The notes under the pieces were generated by a model, which saw only the letters and a list, made by a program, of their open reading frames with translations, was not told where the DNA came from and did no database searches. Position numbers and translations under genes: made by a program. 64,000 bases of DNA, from the IMG/VR virus record IMGVR_UViG_3300031229_000002, positions 7,797 through 71,796 of that record; one strand, given 5' to 3'. The stretch is from a virus. Below are positions 1 through 9,093 of this stretch, piece by piece; the first letter of the stretch is position 1; each line of letters opens with the position of its first letter.

Positions 1-39
1 AAGGGGACCGGCCGCCACAAAGCATCCGGTGGCGGCACG

Positions 40-894
40 TTGCCGCGCGGGCTCGGCTCTACCGCACGCAAGGGCCTCAAGCAGAAGCTGGACCGCAAGC
101 AGCAGAGGGCCAAGGACGCCGCCGCCAAGACGAAGGCCGCAAAGAAAGCGATCAAGCAGGCGGCCAAGGGCCTCACCTCGAAAGCAGGGAAGACCGGCAA
201 GAGCCGGGCCCTCGCCGCAGGGGCAGCACGAGCCGCCCGCGCCATGCGAGACAAGGCCCACCCGCACACCACCCGCATGCGTAAGGCCGCCACACGGACA
301 GCACGCCGCAGCGGCGGCGCCCTGTGGGACGCACTCTGCTCCGCGGGCGCAGGCGCCTGGACGTGGCTGCGCCGCCGCGACCGCAAGAGCGCACTGCACC
401 GCCTCAAAGCGGTCTGGGCGCGCCGCCGCCACAACCGCGCCAAGCCCGACACGCCCGCCCCCGACACACCCGAAATCGCCGCGACCGTACGACGCCCCGC
501 AAACACCGCACCCACAAGCACAGGAGGACCCATGTCCGGTGGAGGACACCACTTCGTTGCCCCCGCAATGGAACTCGCCCGCGCCGCAGCCCACTACCAG
601 CCGCAAGGGATGCTCCAAGTCGGCGCGGACTTCGCCGGACTGGAGGAGGCGCTGCGCCTGCACGCCGAGGCGATGAAGGTCACCGTCGAGAACGCCGACG
701 CCACGCAGCCGCTGCACCCGAACATCGTCGAGCTCATGCGGCAGATCCACGGCCTGCAACTCAAGGCCGCTGAACTCGCGAGCGAACTCTCGCCCGCGTT
801 CCGCAGCCTCCACGACGTGGACATCGCCCGCCTGGAAAACCCCCGCAAGGGCGCAGCTGGCGAGCGCATGTGGGACGTCTCCGCCAACCTCTAA
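40..894 (+). CDS. Conjugation-associated protein (TraA/Spd-like); may begin upstream of the window; possible internal start at 532
   Basis: Basic N-terminus and helical C-terminal domain; AGGAGG RBS before ATG 532; directly upstream of the TraB-like gene, as in Streptomyces plasmids/AICEs. Confidence 0.45.
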   Translation: MPRGLGSTARKGLKQKLDRKQQRAKDAAAKTKAAKKAIKQAAKGLTSKAGKTGKSRALAAGAARAARAMRDKAHPHTTRMRKAATRTARRSGGALWDALCSAGAGAWTWLRRRDRKSALHRLKAVWARRRHNRAKPDTPAPDTPEIAATVRRPANTAPTSTGGPMSGGGHHFVAPAMELARAAAHYQPQGMLQVGADFAGLEEALRLHAEAMKVTVENADATQPLHPNIVELMRQIHGLQLKAAELASELSPAFRSLHDVDIARLENPRKGAAGERMWDVSANL

Positions 895-914
895 CCCGCG
901 ATCGGGAGCACGTT

Positions 915-3017
915 GTGAAGCTGGACTGGGACGCCAAGCACGGCGCGGTCACCGGCCCCATCAACACCGGCCTCGCTGCCTTGGCGGTCGGCTACGGAGG
1001 CCACGAGTTCGGCATGCCGTGGGAGTGGGCCGCGCTCACCGCGGGCGCGGGGCTGCTCGGCACGCACATCGCCGGGCGCCGCGCCTCCGTCACCTCGGCC
1101 ACCCTGGCTCTGCGGGCCGCGGGCTGGCTGGGTGCGGGCGGCTGGTGTTCGTGGGCCATCGTCAACGGGGCGTGGTCGCAGGCCGGTATCGGGAGCCTCC
1201 TCGTCGGTGTGCTCGGGTTGGGTGCGGCGATGGCCGGGGCGCACAACGTCGAGCAGAAGGCGGAAGCCAAGCGCGCCGAGCAGGAGGCCGCAGCCAGGCG
1301 CGCCACCCTCGACGGGAAACGCAAGCAGATCGCGGATGAGTGGGAGGACCGCATCGTCCGAGTCTGCGCGGCCGCCGTCGTGCAGATCGTCGGCGTCGAA
1401 GAATGGAGGGACGAGGACGGGAAGCCCACCGGCGGCGGATTCAGTCTCGACGGGGAGTGCGGCGCCGGCGGCACCCGCTGGAAGGACATCGCCGTCTTCA
1501 AGGAGCAGCTCGCCGCGGACGCCCGACTGCCCGAAGGGTGCGGGATCGAGGTCGGGCCCGGCGCGCACCGCGGGGCGGTCCTCATCCACGTGTCAACCGC
1601 CAACCACCTGATCAAGGACGTGTACTACCCGGACGACTACTCCCCGCTCACCGTCAACGCGCCCGCACCCATCGGTGTGCGCCGCGACGGCGGGGCCGAG
1701 GGCCCGGTCAACCGGCAGGCGTCGATGCTCATCGTCGGGCAGCGCGAGTCCGGCAAGACGAACCTGATGAACGTGATGATCGGCAACCAGTGCCGCATGA
1801 CCGACTCGCTCACCTTCGTCATCGACCTCAACGGCGGCGGTGTCGCCCTGAAGTGGATGCGCGCCTGGCACGCGGCCGGACGCCCGGGCCGGCCGCCCAT
1901 CGACTGGGTCGCCGACACCCCGGCCAAGGCCGCCGCGATGGCGCAGGCCCTGGTACGTATCTCGAAGGCGCGGAAGATCGGCTACCAGGATCGGGAGATC
2001 GCCGCCAACGACGACAAGCTGCCCGTCGACCATGAGGTTCCGGAGATCCGCGTGTTCAGCGACGAGGGCGCGGAGATCTTCTCCACCCGCTCCCGCCGCG
2101 ACGAGACCCTGAGGGGGATCGCCGACAACCTGATCCAGACGCTGGAGATCGCCCGGGCCGCCGCGGTAAACGAGACGACCAGCGGCCTGCGGGCCACTCA
2201 GGATGTCCTGTCCGACCCGCAGATCCTGAAGCAGTCCACGTTCAAGGCGGGCCTGCGGATGTCCGATGACGCGGAGCTGAACTACTTCTTCGGCTACAAC
2301 CACAACGCCTCCGTCGAGGACGCCCCGTACCCGGGGTGCGCGCTCGTACGGGACGGCCAGGGCCAGGTCCACCCGCTGAAGATCTACCGGATGAAACCGG
2401 ACCAGATCCTCGACATCGTCAAGGCGACCGCCGACCGGCACCCGGAACTCGACGCACTGTCCCGGCAGGCTGCGGGCGAGGCGTACGAGCAGCGGTGGAT
2501 GAACACCGACCACCTCTTCGGCGGGCCCATGCCCGAACCGGCCGCCGCCGAGGAGCCGCCCACTCCCGAGCAGCCAGCCCGCGGCACGGGGGTGACCGCA
2601 GGATGGGGCAGCGCCCCGGCAGGCGGGAAAGCGCAGGACGCGATCGACCAGGCCGACGAGGCACGCCGCCGACTGCACGAGGCGATGAACGAGACCGGGA
2701 ACCGCGACCAGGACCTGGACGCGCAGTTCCTGGACATCCTCGCGGGCGGCGGCGTCACCTGGCAGCCACCCGCCAGCGAGACGGAGGCCAGCGGCGACAC
2801 CTCCGATGGCGATCCGCGGCGGGAGCTGGTGTACGAGATCGTCGCCAAGGCGGGCCCGGACGGGATCGGTCCCGAGGCGATCCGTGACGCGATCGGACGC
2901 CTGTACCCCACCGTCGAGGTTCCGCATGCGGCGACGATCGGCCGCTGGCTGGCCGCTGACCCCCGTGTTCACAAGCCCAAGTTTGGCCGCTACGCCGTAC
3001 GCCCGACCGAGAACTGA
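915..3017 (+). CDS. TraB-like FtsK/SpoIIIE DNA translocase (Streptomyces conjugative transfer type)
   Basis: N-terminal TM helices; Walker A GQRESGKT; FVIDLNGG; Walker B VFSDEG; C-terminal wHTH-like domain; GGGAG RBS before GTG 915. Confidence 0.75.
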   Translation: MKLDWDAKHGAVTGPINTGLAALAVGYGGHEFGMPWEWAALTAGAGLLGTHIAGRRASVTSATLALRAAGWLGAGGWCSWAIVNGAWSQAGIGSLLVGVLGLGAAMAGAHNVEQKAEAKRAEQEAAARRATLDGKRKQIADEWEDRIVRVCAAAVVQIVGVEEWRDEDGKPTGGGFSLDGECGAGGTRWKDIAVFKEQLAADARLPEGCGIEVGPGAHRGAVLIHVSTANHLIKDVYYPDDYSPLTVNAPAPIGVRRDGGAEGPVNRQASMLIVGQRESGKTNLMNVMIGNQCRMTDSLTFVIDLNGGGVALKWMRAWHAAGRPGRPPIDWVADTPAKAAAMAQALVRISKARKIGYQDREIAANDDKLPVDHEVPEIRVFSDEGAEIFSTRSRRDETLRGIADNLIQTLEIARAAAVNETTSGLRATQDVLSDPQILKQSTFKAGLRMSDDAELNYFFGYNHNASVEDAPYPGCALVRDGQGQVHPLKIYRMKPDQILDIVKATADRHPELDALSRQAAGEAYEQRWMNTDHLFGGPMPEPAAAEEPPTPEQPARGTGVTAGWGSAPAGGKAQDAIDQADEARRRLHEAMNETGNRDQDLDAQFLDILAGGGVTWQPPASETEASGDTSDGDPRRELVYEIVAKAGPDGIGPEAIRDAIGRLYPTVEVPHAATIGRWLAADPRVHKPKFGRYAVRPTEN

Positions 3018-3028
3018 GGAAGGCCGCC

Positions 3029-3469
3029 ATGCTGCCCGAGCGCTACCAGAGCTACGCCCAGCCCGCCGGGCAGCGTGTTCTGCAGCCCCGTGAGATCGAG
3101 CTGTACGACGAGTACGACCCGGTGGTGTGGGTGCCGTCCGCGTACGGGGAGATGGTGCCCATGCGGAAGTCGCAGGCCCCGGCGGCGGTCCAGCCGATGC
3201 CGCCCCGCGACCTCAGCCCGCAGCCGTTGTTCGATCCGCTCGCGCAGCGCATGTTCGGCGGCGGCCTCGGGGCCGGAGCCGCGGGGGCTGGGGTCGGCTG
3301 GGGGATCGGGCAGGCCGCGGCCGGTATCGCGACGATTGGCGGGACGACTGCTGTGTTGGCGATGCTCGCACTGTGGCTGCTGGCCAAGGCCGGGCGGTCG
3401 ACGGTGCACGTGCGGCAAGAGGTCCACAACCACAACCGCGGGTTCGGGCGCAGCACCACGAACCTTTGA
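3029..3469 (+). CDS. Small membrane protein, possibly Spd (spread)-like
   Basis: GAGGAAGG RBS; Gly-rich hydrophobic segment; follows the TraB-like gene. Confidence 0.5.
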   Translation: MLPERYQSYAQPAGQRVLQPREIELYDEYDPVVWVPSAYGEMVPMRKSQAPAAVQPMPPRDLSPQPLFDPLAQRMFGGGLGAGAAGAGVGWGIGQAAAGIATIGGTTAVLAMLALWLLAKAGRSTVHVRQEVHNHNRGFGRSTTNL

Positions 3470-3628
3470 CGCGCCTGCCACACTGAAGACGCGCGCCGGG
3501 TAGCGCCCGGCATGAAGACCCCGCCGGCACCCCCCCCCCCCCCGCTGGTGGGGTCTTCGCCTGTTTCCGTCCGTGTTGTCGGCGCCGGCCGCTACGATCC
3601 GGGCCACTGTCACGTCCTTGGGGGGACC

Positions 3629-3934
3629 ATGCGCCGCACCACCATCGCCCTGCTCGCCGCTGCCACGCTCGTCGTCGTTGCTGGTGTGGCCGTCGCCGTT
3701 TGGCTGCTCGTGAGGCCCAGCTACGACGACCACGTGAAGGCCTGCCAGAAAGCCCTCGCCGCACAGTTCAAAGTCGGGGGTAAGGGCAAACCGGACGCGT
3801 GCCGGGACGTGGAGGAGGACGACTACTCGGCGATCCTCATGAATCAGATCATGGGCGATGAGGGCTGGCTGGATGAGGACGGCCGGTTCGACAAGGGCAA
3901 GTTTTATGAGGACGCGTTCGATGGGGAGCAGTAG
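3629..3934 (+). CDS. Secreted/membrane-anchored hypothetical protein
   Basis: GGGGGA RBS; MRRTTIALLAAA hydrophobic N-terminus; two Cys. Confidence 0.6.
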   Translation: MRRTTIALLAAATLVVVAGVAVAVWLLVRPSYDDHVKACQKALAAQFKVGGKGKPDACRDVEEDDYSAILMNQIMGDEGWLDEDGRFDKGKFYEDAFDGEQ

Positions 3935-3949
3935 CTGTAGTGCGTGAAG

Positions 3950-3982
3950 AGGCCCCGCTCCGGGATGGTCCGGGCGGGGCCT
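3950..3982. terminator. Hairpin between convergent genes
   Basis: AGGCCCCGCTCCGG...CCGGGCGGGGCCT inverted repeat. Confidence 0.6.
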
Positions 3983-3995
3983 TCGTCATGCGGGG

Positions 3996-4190
3996 TCAGA
4001 TGACCATGGGTTCGGTGGCGAGCAGCTCGCGGCCGCGCTGCTGATACCAGGCGTCGAGCGCTGCGCCGATCACGTCCTGCATCTCTTCGACGACGTCGTC
4101 GGCGTACATCTGCTCGCCGTCCTTGGTTGGTAGATGCTCGGGGCTGTGGACGGTGCAGGCGATTCCGATGTGCCGCAGTTCCTTGCTCAT
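3996..4190 (-). CDS. Hypothetical protein
   Basis: GAGGAG RBS; ATGA overlap with upstream gene. Confidence 0.6.
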   Translation of the reverse strand: MSKELRHIGIACTVHSPEHLPTKDGEQMYADDVVEEMQDVIGAALDAWYQQRGRELLATEPMVI

Positions 4191-4456
4191 GTGCTCGTCT
4201 CCTCGCTGCTCACCGGGCGCTCCGGCAGGTCGGCGTCGCTCAGTCGTTCCGCCGAACGGTCGAGTGCAGCACGGTTCATGTCCCACAGCGCGTCCATCTC
4301 CTGCTCACGCTGCACCTGCTTGATCCATGGGGACGGATCGATGTCGGCGAGGAGCCAGTCGCGTTCACGGCGCAGCTTCTCCTGCTCGCTGACGTGGATC
4401 GACCAGTCGGCGTTGAGTAGGAGCCGCTCGGGCTCGGGGGTGGCGTTGTCGCTCAT
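4187..4456 (-). CDS. Hypothetical protein
   Basis: GAGGAG RBS; translationally coupled. Confidence 0.6.
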   Translation of the reverse strand: MSDNATPEPERLLLNADWSIHVSEQEKLRRERDWLLADIDPSPWIKQVQREQEMDALWDMNRAALDRSAERLSDADLPERPVSSEETST

Positions 4457-4805
4457 GCGGTCTGCTCCTCGCTGGTCATCGGGCGCTCCCGAAGCGCGGC
4501 CACCTCGGCACGCAGGACCTGGATCGTCCGTACGAACTGCTCCGTCGTGTGCGTGTCCAGATGCTCCCGCAGCGCGGTCTCCGTCCGCTCGGCCTCCGTG
4601 AGACTGGCGCTGAGGACGACGGAGCTGATCGCCTCGTGGATGTCCCGGGCTGCCGGGTCTGCGGTGGCGCCCAGCTCGGCAGCCCGCTCAACAGTGGGTG
4701 GTGGGACGTCGTGGTGCCAGCCGCATTCGAGGGGGCACAGGTAGCGGGTCGTACCCGCGACGGGGCTCATCAGTTCTTCTCCTCGCTGCTCACCGGGCGC
4801 TCCGG
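4198..4805 (-). repeat. Dispersed 28-bp gene-junction repeat (4198-4225, 4778-4805; degenerate copy 4465-4489)
   Basis: Minus-strand CCGGAGCGCCCGGTGAGCAGCGAGGAGA occurs twice identically; third copy has 2 mismatches over 25 bp; each contains the RBS of the next gene. Confidence 0.85.
4453..4770 (-). CDS. Hypothetical protein with CxxxCxxH motif
   Basis: YLCPLECGWHH; GAGGAG RBS. Confidence 0.6.
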   Translation of the reverse strand: MSPVAGTTRYLCPLECGWHHDVPPPTVERAAELGATADPAARDIHEAISSVVLSASLTEAERTETALREHLDTHTTEQFVRTIQVLRAEVAALRERPMTSEEQTA

Positions 4806-5221
4806 GGCACGTCGCTGTCCGCCGCCATCCGACGCCGCTGCTCATCGGCTTCCGCGCGCTCCCGCATCCACGCAGCCTCCTTCAGCCGCTCAGCCGCGAT
4901 GAACTCCGGCACACCGGGCAGCGACTGGAACTCCGGGTCGGAGAACACCGGCACTAGGCCGCCGCACTGCACGGGGCCGTTCATGAAGTACAGCTGGTTG
5001 TGCCCGATGCTGCCGCGCGCGTGGTCGATTCCGTCAGGCACGATGATCTCGACGGCGTTTGCGCCGCACTCGCCGCCGAGGGTGAAGTCGCGGGTGGCGG
5101 TGAGCCAGGTCTGTCGGGACCACGGGTAGTCGTAGGCGTGGGTGGGTGGCCGCCAAGGCGTGAGCCAGGCGCGTAGCCAGGTCAGGTATTCGTCGAGGGT
5201 GGCGGGGCGTAGGACGCTCAT
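4790..5221 (-). CDS. Hypothetical protein
   Basis: Coupled to upstream gene; GAGGAG RBS. Confidence 0.6.
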   Translation of the reverse strand: MSVLRPATLDEYLTWLRAWLTPWRPPTHAYDYPWSRQTWLTATRDFTLGGECGANAVEIIVPDGIDHARGSIGHNQLYFMNGPVQCGGLVPVFSDPEFQSLPGVPEFIAAERLKEAAWMRERAEADEQRRRMAADSDVPRSAR

Positions 5222-5724
5222 ACGGTGGTCTCCTCGTTGCCGTACACCTCGTCGTGCGTCAGCAGCCCCATACTCAGCGCCGACGACACGACGGTGAAAT
5301 CCTTGTACGCCTCCCGGGCCTGAGCCGCGTCCTGGTCCAGCTTCCTCGTTTGCAAGTCGTCGGCGCGGGAGCGGGCCAGCTCGGCGAGCGTCTTCGCTTC
5401 CTCGTCGGTCAACGGGCGCCCCTCACGTGGCTCCGGCTTCGGCCGCGCTGGCTGCTGCCTCGGCGTGGCCCCGGTGCGCGGGGTGGAAGGCCGGGCGGCC
5501 GGTGGCGGTGGGGTAGTGCTCAGTTCCTCCACCCTCCGGCGCAGCGCCTTGACCTCCGCCAAGGCTTCGGCCGCACTGTCGTACCACTCCGGCGGCACGA
5601 CGTAACCGGCAGGCTTCCCGCGCCGGGTGATCTCGGTGTGCGCGTTGCGGAACTGGCTGCCGTCGAGGACGTCGGCGAACTTCTTGCGGGCCTCCTCGAC
5701 GGGGAGGCTCTGCGGCTTAGTCAT
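5218..5724 (-). CDS. Phd/YefM-like DNA-binding domain with C-terminal extension
   Basis: EEARKKFADVLD...TEITRRGKPAGYVVP; apparently leaderless (TACACT 6 nt before ATG). Confidence 0.75.
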   Translation of the reverse strand: MTKPQSLPVEEARKKFADVLDGSQFRNAHTEITRRGKPAGYVVPPEWYDSAAEALAEVKALRRRVEELSTTPPPPAARPSTPRTGATPRQQPARPKPEPREGRPLTDEEAKTLAELARSRADDLQTRKLDQDAAQAREAYKDFTVVSSALSMGLLTHDEVYGNEETTV

Positions 5725-5729
5725 GTCAG

Positions 5730-5825
5730 GAGTGTAAGGGATGCAAGTTCCGTAAGGAAGGAGTTCGTAAGGTCTGCATGGAGCTTGCTAACTGTAAGGT
5801 TGGACTGTAAGGTTTGTAGGGAAGT
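5730..5825. promoter_or_regulatory. Divergent promoter region with repeated GTAAGG boxes
   Basis: GTAAGG x5 plus GTAGGG; ACTGTAAGGTT at 5791 and 5804. Confidence 0.6.
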
Positions 5826-5849
5826 CGAGGAACGAACGAGGGGGACCAC

Positions 5850-6206
5850 ATGAACGCCGCAGCCACCACCCACCAGCACACCAACTGCCTCCGCTGCGGC
5901 AGGAAGTTGACCTCGGCCAAGTCATGCGCCGCCGGGTATGGCCCCACCTGCAAGCGCAAGGTCCGCGAAGCCGCCAAAGCCGAGGTCGTAGCCCAGTACA
6001 AGCCCCACCAGATCGCCAAAGCCGAAGAACTTATCGAGCAAGGCGCCCTCATCCCCCTCCGCCGCGGCATCTACCTCGCCCCCTCCTCCGACGGAACGCG
6101 CACCTACAAGGCCCACCGCACCGCCTGCTCCTGCCCCGCAGGGATCAAGGGCCTCCACCCGTGCAAGCACCGCATCGCCGCCCACATCCTCAGCCTCGCC
6201 GCCTAG
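5850..6206 (+). CDS. DUF6011-like zinc finger plus SWIM zinc finger protein
   Basis: CLRCGRKLT...GYGPTC and CSCP...PCKH motifs. Confidence 0.75.
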   Translation: MNAAATTHQHTNCLRCGRKLTSAKSCAAGYGPTCKRKVREAAKAEVVAQYKPHQIAKAEELIEQGALIPLRRGIYLAPSSDGTRTYKAHRTACSCPAGIKGLHPCKHRIAAHILSLAA

Positions 6207-6215
6207 GAGCCCGCC

Positions 6216-6398
6216 ATGCCGATCAACACCGACCAGACCAACAGCAGCGAAGACGCACCCGAGACCCCCCGCAGTATCCGGCCCGTCATCGAGCACGCGC
6301 TCACCGTCTACTACGACGGGAACGCCGAGCTTGCCCGCACCCTCATCGACCGCCTACTCGGCGAGAAGGACACCCGGCCGAGTAGCCCCGCCGCCTGA
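6216..6398 (+). CDS. Hypothetical protein
   Basis: AGGAG RBS. Confidence 0.5.
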   Translation: MPINTDQTNSSEDAPETPRSIRPVIEHALTVYYDGNAELARTLIDRLLGEKDTRPSSPAA

Positions 6399-6424
6399 CC
6401 GCCCGACACGACAGGAGAAACCCC

Positions 6425-6694
6425 ATGACCGAGCTCGCCCACCGCCAGCAGCCGACCAGCCCGACCGTCTGGGTCCTCGCCCAAGGTGAAGACCACGAAG
6501 GCGGCGAAGTCCTCGGCGTCTACGCCTCCAAGGAAGCCGCCAAGGGCCCGTTCGTCGAAGCCGCCCGCCGCATCCCGTTCGACCTCGACAGCGCGTGGCA
6601 GGACGAAGAGAGCGGCGCGGTCCACGCTCATGGCGGCTGCGACTGGGTCTCCCTCGAACCGCACCCGCTCATCGGCGCACCGCAACTCGCCTGA
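6425..6694 (+). CDS. Hypothetical phage protein
   Basis: AGGAG RBS; VWVL...VLGVYASKEAA. Confidence 0.6.
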   Translation: MTELAHRQQPTSPTVWVLAQGEDHEGGEVLGVYASKEAAKGPFVEAARRIPFDLDSAWQDEESGAVHAHGGCDWVSLEPHPLIGAPQLA

Positions 6695-6707
6695 CCCCGC
6701 GCACGCC

Positions 6708-6746
6708 GAAGGCCCGCCCCCGACGCCCATCGGGAAGCGGGCCTTC
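6708..6746 (+). terminator. Stem-loop terminator
   Basis: GAAGGCCCGC...GCGGGCCTTC. Confidence 0.65.
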
Positions 6747-6753
6747 CCCGCGT

Positions 6754-6786
6754 CCGGAAGATCACCACCCCGGGCCGGGCCACAAT
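6754..6786 (+). promoter_or_regulatory. Conserved late-promoter-like motif, copy 1
   Basis: CCGGAAGATC; CACAAT at +27; ATG 6 nt later. Confidence 0.6.
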
Positions 6787-6792
6787 CACGTC

Positions 6793-7332
6793 ATGACCGC
6801 CTACCCGGCGCGGTGCCCCGCCCGCAATTTGAACGGCCGCATGTGCGACAAACCCGCCGGACAAGGCACCGCGCACCCCGGGTACGGAACCTGCATCTGG
6901 CACCGCGGCGGACAGAAGCACGTCGAGGAGGCATGGGCCATGGCGCAAGAACTCGCCGGCGAACGGAATATCACCCCGCATGAGGCGCTGCTCGGCCTCG
7001 TACGCACCGCGTCCAGCCGTGCAGCATGGACCGACACGGTCATCGTGAACGCCATGCGCGAGCACGTCGAGGCCGGCGGGGACCCGCTGAAGCCGCCGGA
7101 CGAACTGATGCCGTGGCTGCGGCAATCGCGTGAGGAACGCAAGCTCGCCGCCACCACGGCGAAGCAGGCTGTAGACGCTGGAGTGATGGTGGCCTTGGAA
7201 CGACGCTTGGATCTCGAAGGGGAGTTGGTGGCGAACGCGCTCGGAGCCGCCCTCGACGCAGCGGAACTCACGCATGAGCAGCGCGTCGCAGCACTGGAGG
7301 CGGCGCAGAGGCGCCTGCTGGAAGGGGATTGA
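6793..7332 (+). CDS. Putative terminase small subunit
   Basis: RCPAR...C...GYGTCIWHRG zinc-knuckle N-terminus, helical body, position ahead of TerL. Confidence 0.6.
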   Translation: MTAYPARCPARNLNGRMCDKPAGQGTAHPGYGTCIWHRGGQKHVEEAWAMAQELAGERNITPHEALLGLVRTASSRAAWTDTVIVNAMREHVEAGGDPLKPPDELMPWLRQSREERKLAATTAKQAVDAGVMVALERRLDLEGELVANALGAALDAAELTHEQRVAALEAAQRRLLEGD

Positions 7333-7389
7333 CGGCCTGTCATGGGAAACTGGAAGCCCATATTCCGGACGGTCAAAGGAGACCCCCCC

Positions 7390-7701
7390 GTGATAAAGGT
7401 CTGCACCCAGCTCCCCGACGGCCCCGAGGTCTGCACCACCATCGACCTCGCCAACGACGCCGCATCCCGCGCCTACACCACCACCCTCGGCAACGGCACC
7501 GACAGCACGTTCACCCTCACCCACAACCTCGACAGCCTCGACGTCCTCCCCATCGTCCGGGGCGTCGCGTCCGGCGACCTGACGGGCACCAGCCCGACCG
7601 TGACGGCGGTCGACAAGAACACGGCCCGCGTCGCCTTCACCAGCGCGCCCACGGCCGGCCAGTTCCAGGTGACGCTCCTCGCCGTCACCCCGTCCGCCTG
7701 A
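7390..7701 (+). CDS. Small beta-sandwich protein (FTLTHNL motif), possibly virion-associated
   Basis: AAAGGAG RBS; TLGNGTDSTFTLTHNL...RVAFTSAP. Confidence 0.5.
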   Translation: MIKVCTQLPDGPEVCTTIDLANDAASRAYTTTLGNGTDSTFTLTHNLDSLDVLPIVRGVASGDLTGTSPTVTAVDKNTARVAFTSAPTAGQFQVTLLAVTPSA

Positions 7702-7721
7702 CAGGGCCGGCACCACCTGCG

Positions 7722-7794
7722 GGGCGGCAGTCTCCTCCTCGGCTGCCGCCCTCTCACACGTCCGGAATGACCATCACGGATCCGCTGGCATCCT
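7722..7794 (+). promoter_or_regulatory. Hairpin (7722-7751) followed by late-promoter-like motif, copy 2 (7762-7794)
   Basis: GGGCGGCAG/CTGCCGCCC stem; CCGGAATGACC with CATCCT at +27. Confidence 0.6.
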
Positions 7795-7801
7795 GCCGCG
7801 C

Positions 7802-8071
7802 ATGCTCCTCACCCGAGATGGGCTTCTCGCCCTCGCCGACTTCACGATCCGCGCCGCGCCCGAGGAAGACGAGAACTTCAACCGCGTCGGCCACGACGGC
7901 ATCCTCCTCGAATGCGTCCACCCGCACGACGACAAGGTGTGGAGGAAGCAGTGGGCCGTCCACGTCGCCCCGCCCAGCCTTCGAGACCTGGTCTTCGTCG
8001 CCCAGCAGCACTGGGCCCGTGAGCATCGCGCCACGCAGACGGAGGGCACGGAAGCCGAGGTGGCCAAGTGA
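7802..8071 (+). CDS. Hypothetical protein
   Basis: Leaderless ATG after promoter motif; overlaps next start. Confidence 0.55.
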   Translation: MLLTRDGLLALADFTIRAAPEEDENFNRVGHDGILLECVHPHDDKVWRKQWAVHVAPPSLRDLVFVAQQHWAREHRATQTEGTEAEVAK

Positions 8072-9093
8072 CGCGCCTGCTGCTCACCGGGGCGTCCGGG
8101 TTCGTCGGCTCCACCGTCCTCGCCCACGTCCTCGCCAACACGGACTGGCACGTGACGTGCCCCGTCTCCTACCGGCACCACGGCGACGGCGCCCGCATCA
8201 ACGCCGTCCTCGACGCACAGCCCGACGCCCGCAACCGGGTCGACGTCATCGCCCACGACCTCGCCCTGCCGATCACGCCGGTCCTCGCCGAGCAGATCGG
8301 CCCCGTCGACTACGTGTGGAACATCGCCTCCGAATCCCACGTCGACCGCTCCCTGACCGGGCCGGTGCCGTTCGTCCGGAACAACGTCGAACTCCAGCTG
8401 AACATGCTGGAGTACGCCCGCCTGGCGAAGCCACGGCTGTTCCTCCACATGTCCACCGACGAGGTATTCGGGCCGGCCGCCGAGGGCTACCGGCATCACG
8501 AGTGGGACAGCATCCGCCCCTCCAACCCGTACGCCGCGTCGAAGGCCGCGCAGGAAGCGATCGCCTACTCGTATTGGCGCGCGCTCGGCGTGCCTTTGAT
8601 CGTGACGAACACGATGAATCTTCTTTCACCTGCCCCGCAGGCGTCCGAGAAGTTCATCCCGAAGATCGCCCGCGCCATCTACCGCGGAGAGAAACTCACC
8701 GTCCACGCCAGCCCTGAAGGAGTCTCCGGCTCCCGCTGCTGGGTCGATGCCCGCGACTTCGCCGCCGCCTGGCTGTGGCTCACCCAGCACTTCGACGGCG
8801 ACGAGCGGCTCACGTACTACCCGACGATGCCCACCGGCCCGCTGCGCTACAACATCGTCGGCGAGGAGGCGACCAACCTCGACGTCGCGCAGCGCATGGC
8901 GGCAGCGGCCGGGCGCACCCTGGACTACGAGTTGATCGACTATCACGGCCAGCGCCCAGGCCACGACCACCGATACGCGCTCGACGGGTCGAAGCTGGCT
9001 GAGCTGGGCTGGCCTGGTCCGCGGCCCCTCGACGAGACGCTCTCCGACATCGTGAAGTGGTACGGCGACAATCCGCAGTGGCTCGCCGCGTGA
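8068..9093 (+). CDS. rmlB: dTDP-glucose 4,6-dehydratase (RmlB-like)
   Basis: TGASGFVG, ASESHVDRS, STDEVFG, PSNPYAASK, RPGHDHRYALD. Confidence 0.85.
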   Translation: MTRLLLTGASGFVGSTVLAHVLANTDWHVTCPVSYRHHGDGARINAVLDAQPDARNRVDVIAHDLALPITPVLAEQIGPVDYVWNIASESHVDRSLTGPVPFVRNNVELQLNMLEYARLAKPRLFLHMSTDEVFGPAAEGYRHHEWDSIRPSNPYAASKAAQEAIAYSYWRALGVPLIVTNTMNLLSPAPQASEKFIPKIARAIYRGEKLTVHASPEGVSGSRCWVDARDFAAAWLWLTQHFDGDERLTYYPTMPTGPLRYNIVGEEATNLDVAQRMAAAAGRTLDYELIDYHGQRPGHDHRYALDGSKLAELGWPGPRPLDETLSDIVKWYGDNPQWLAA

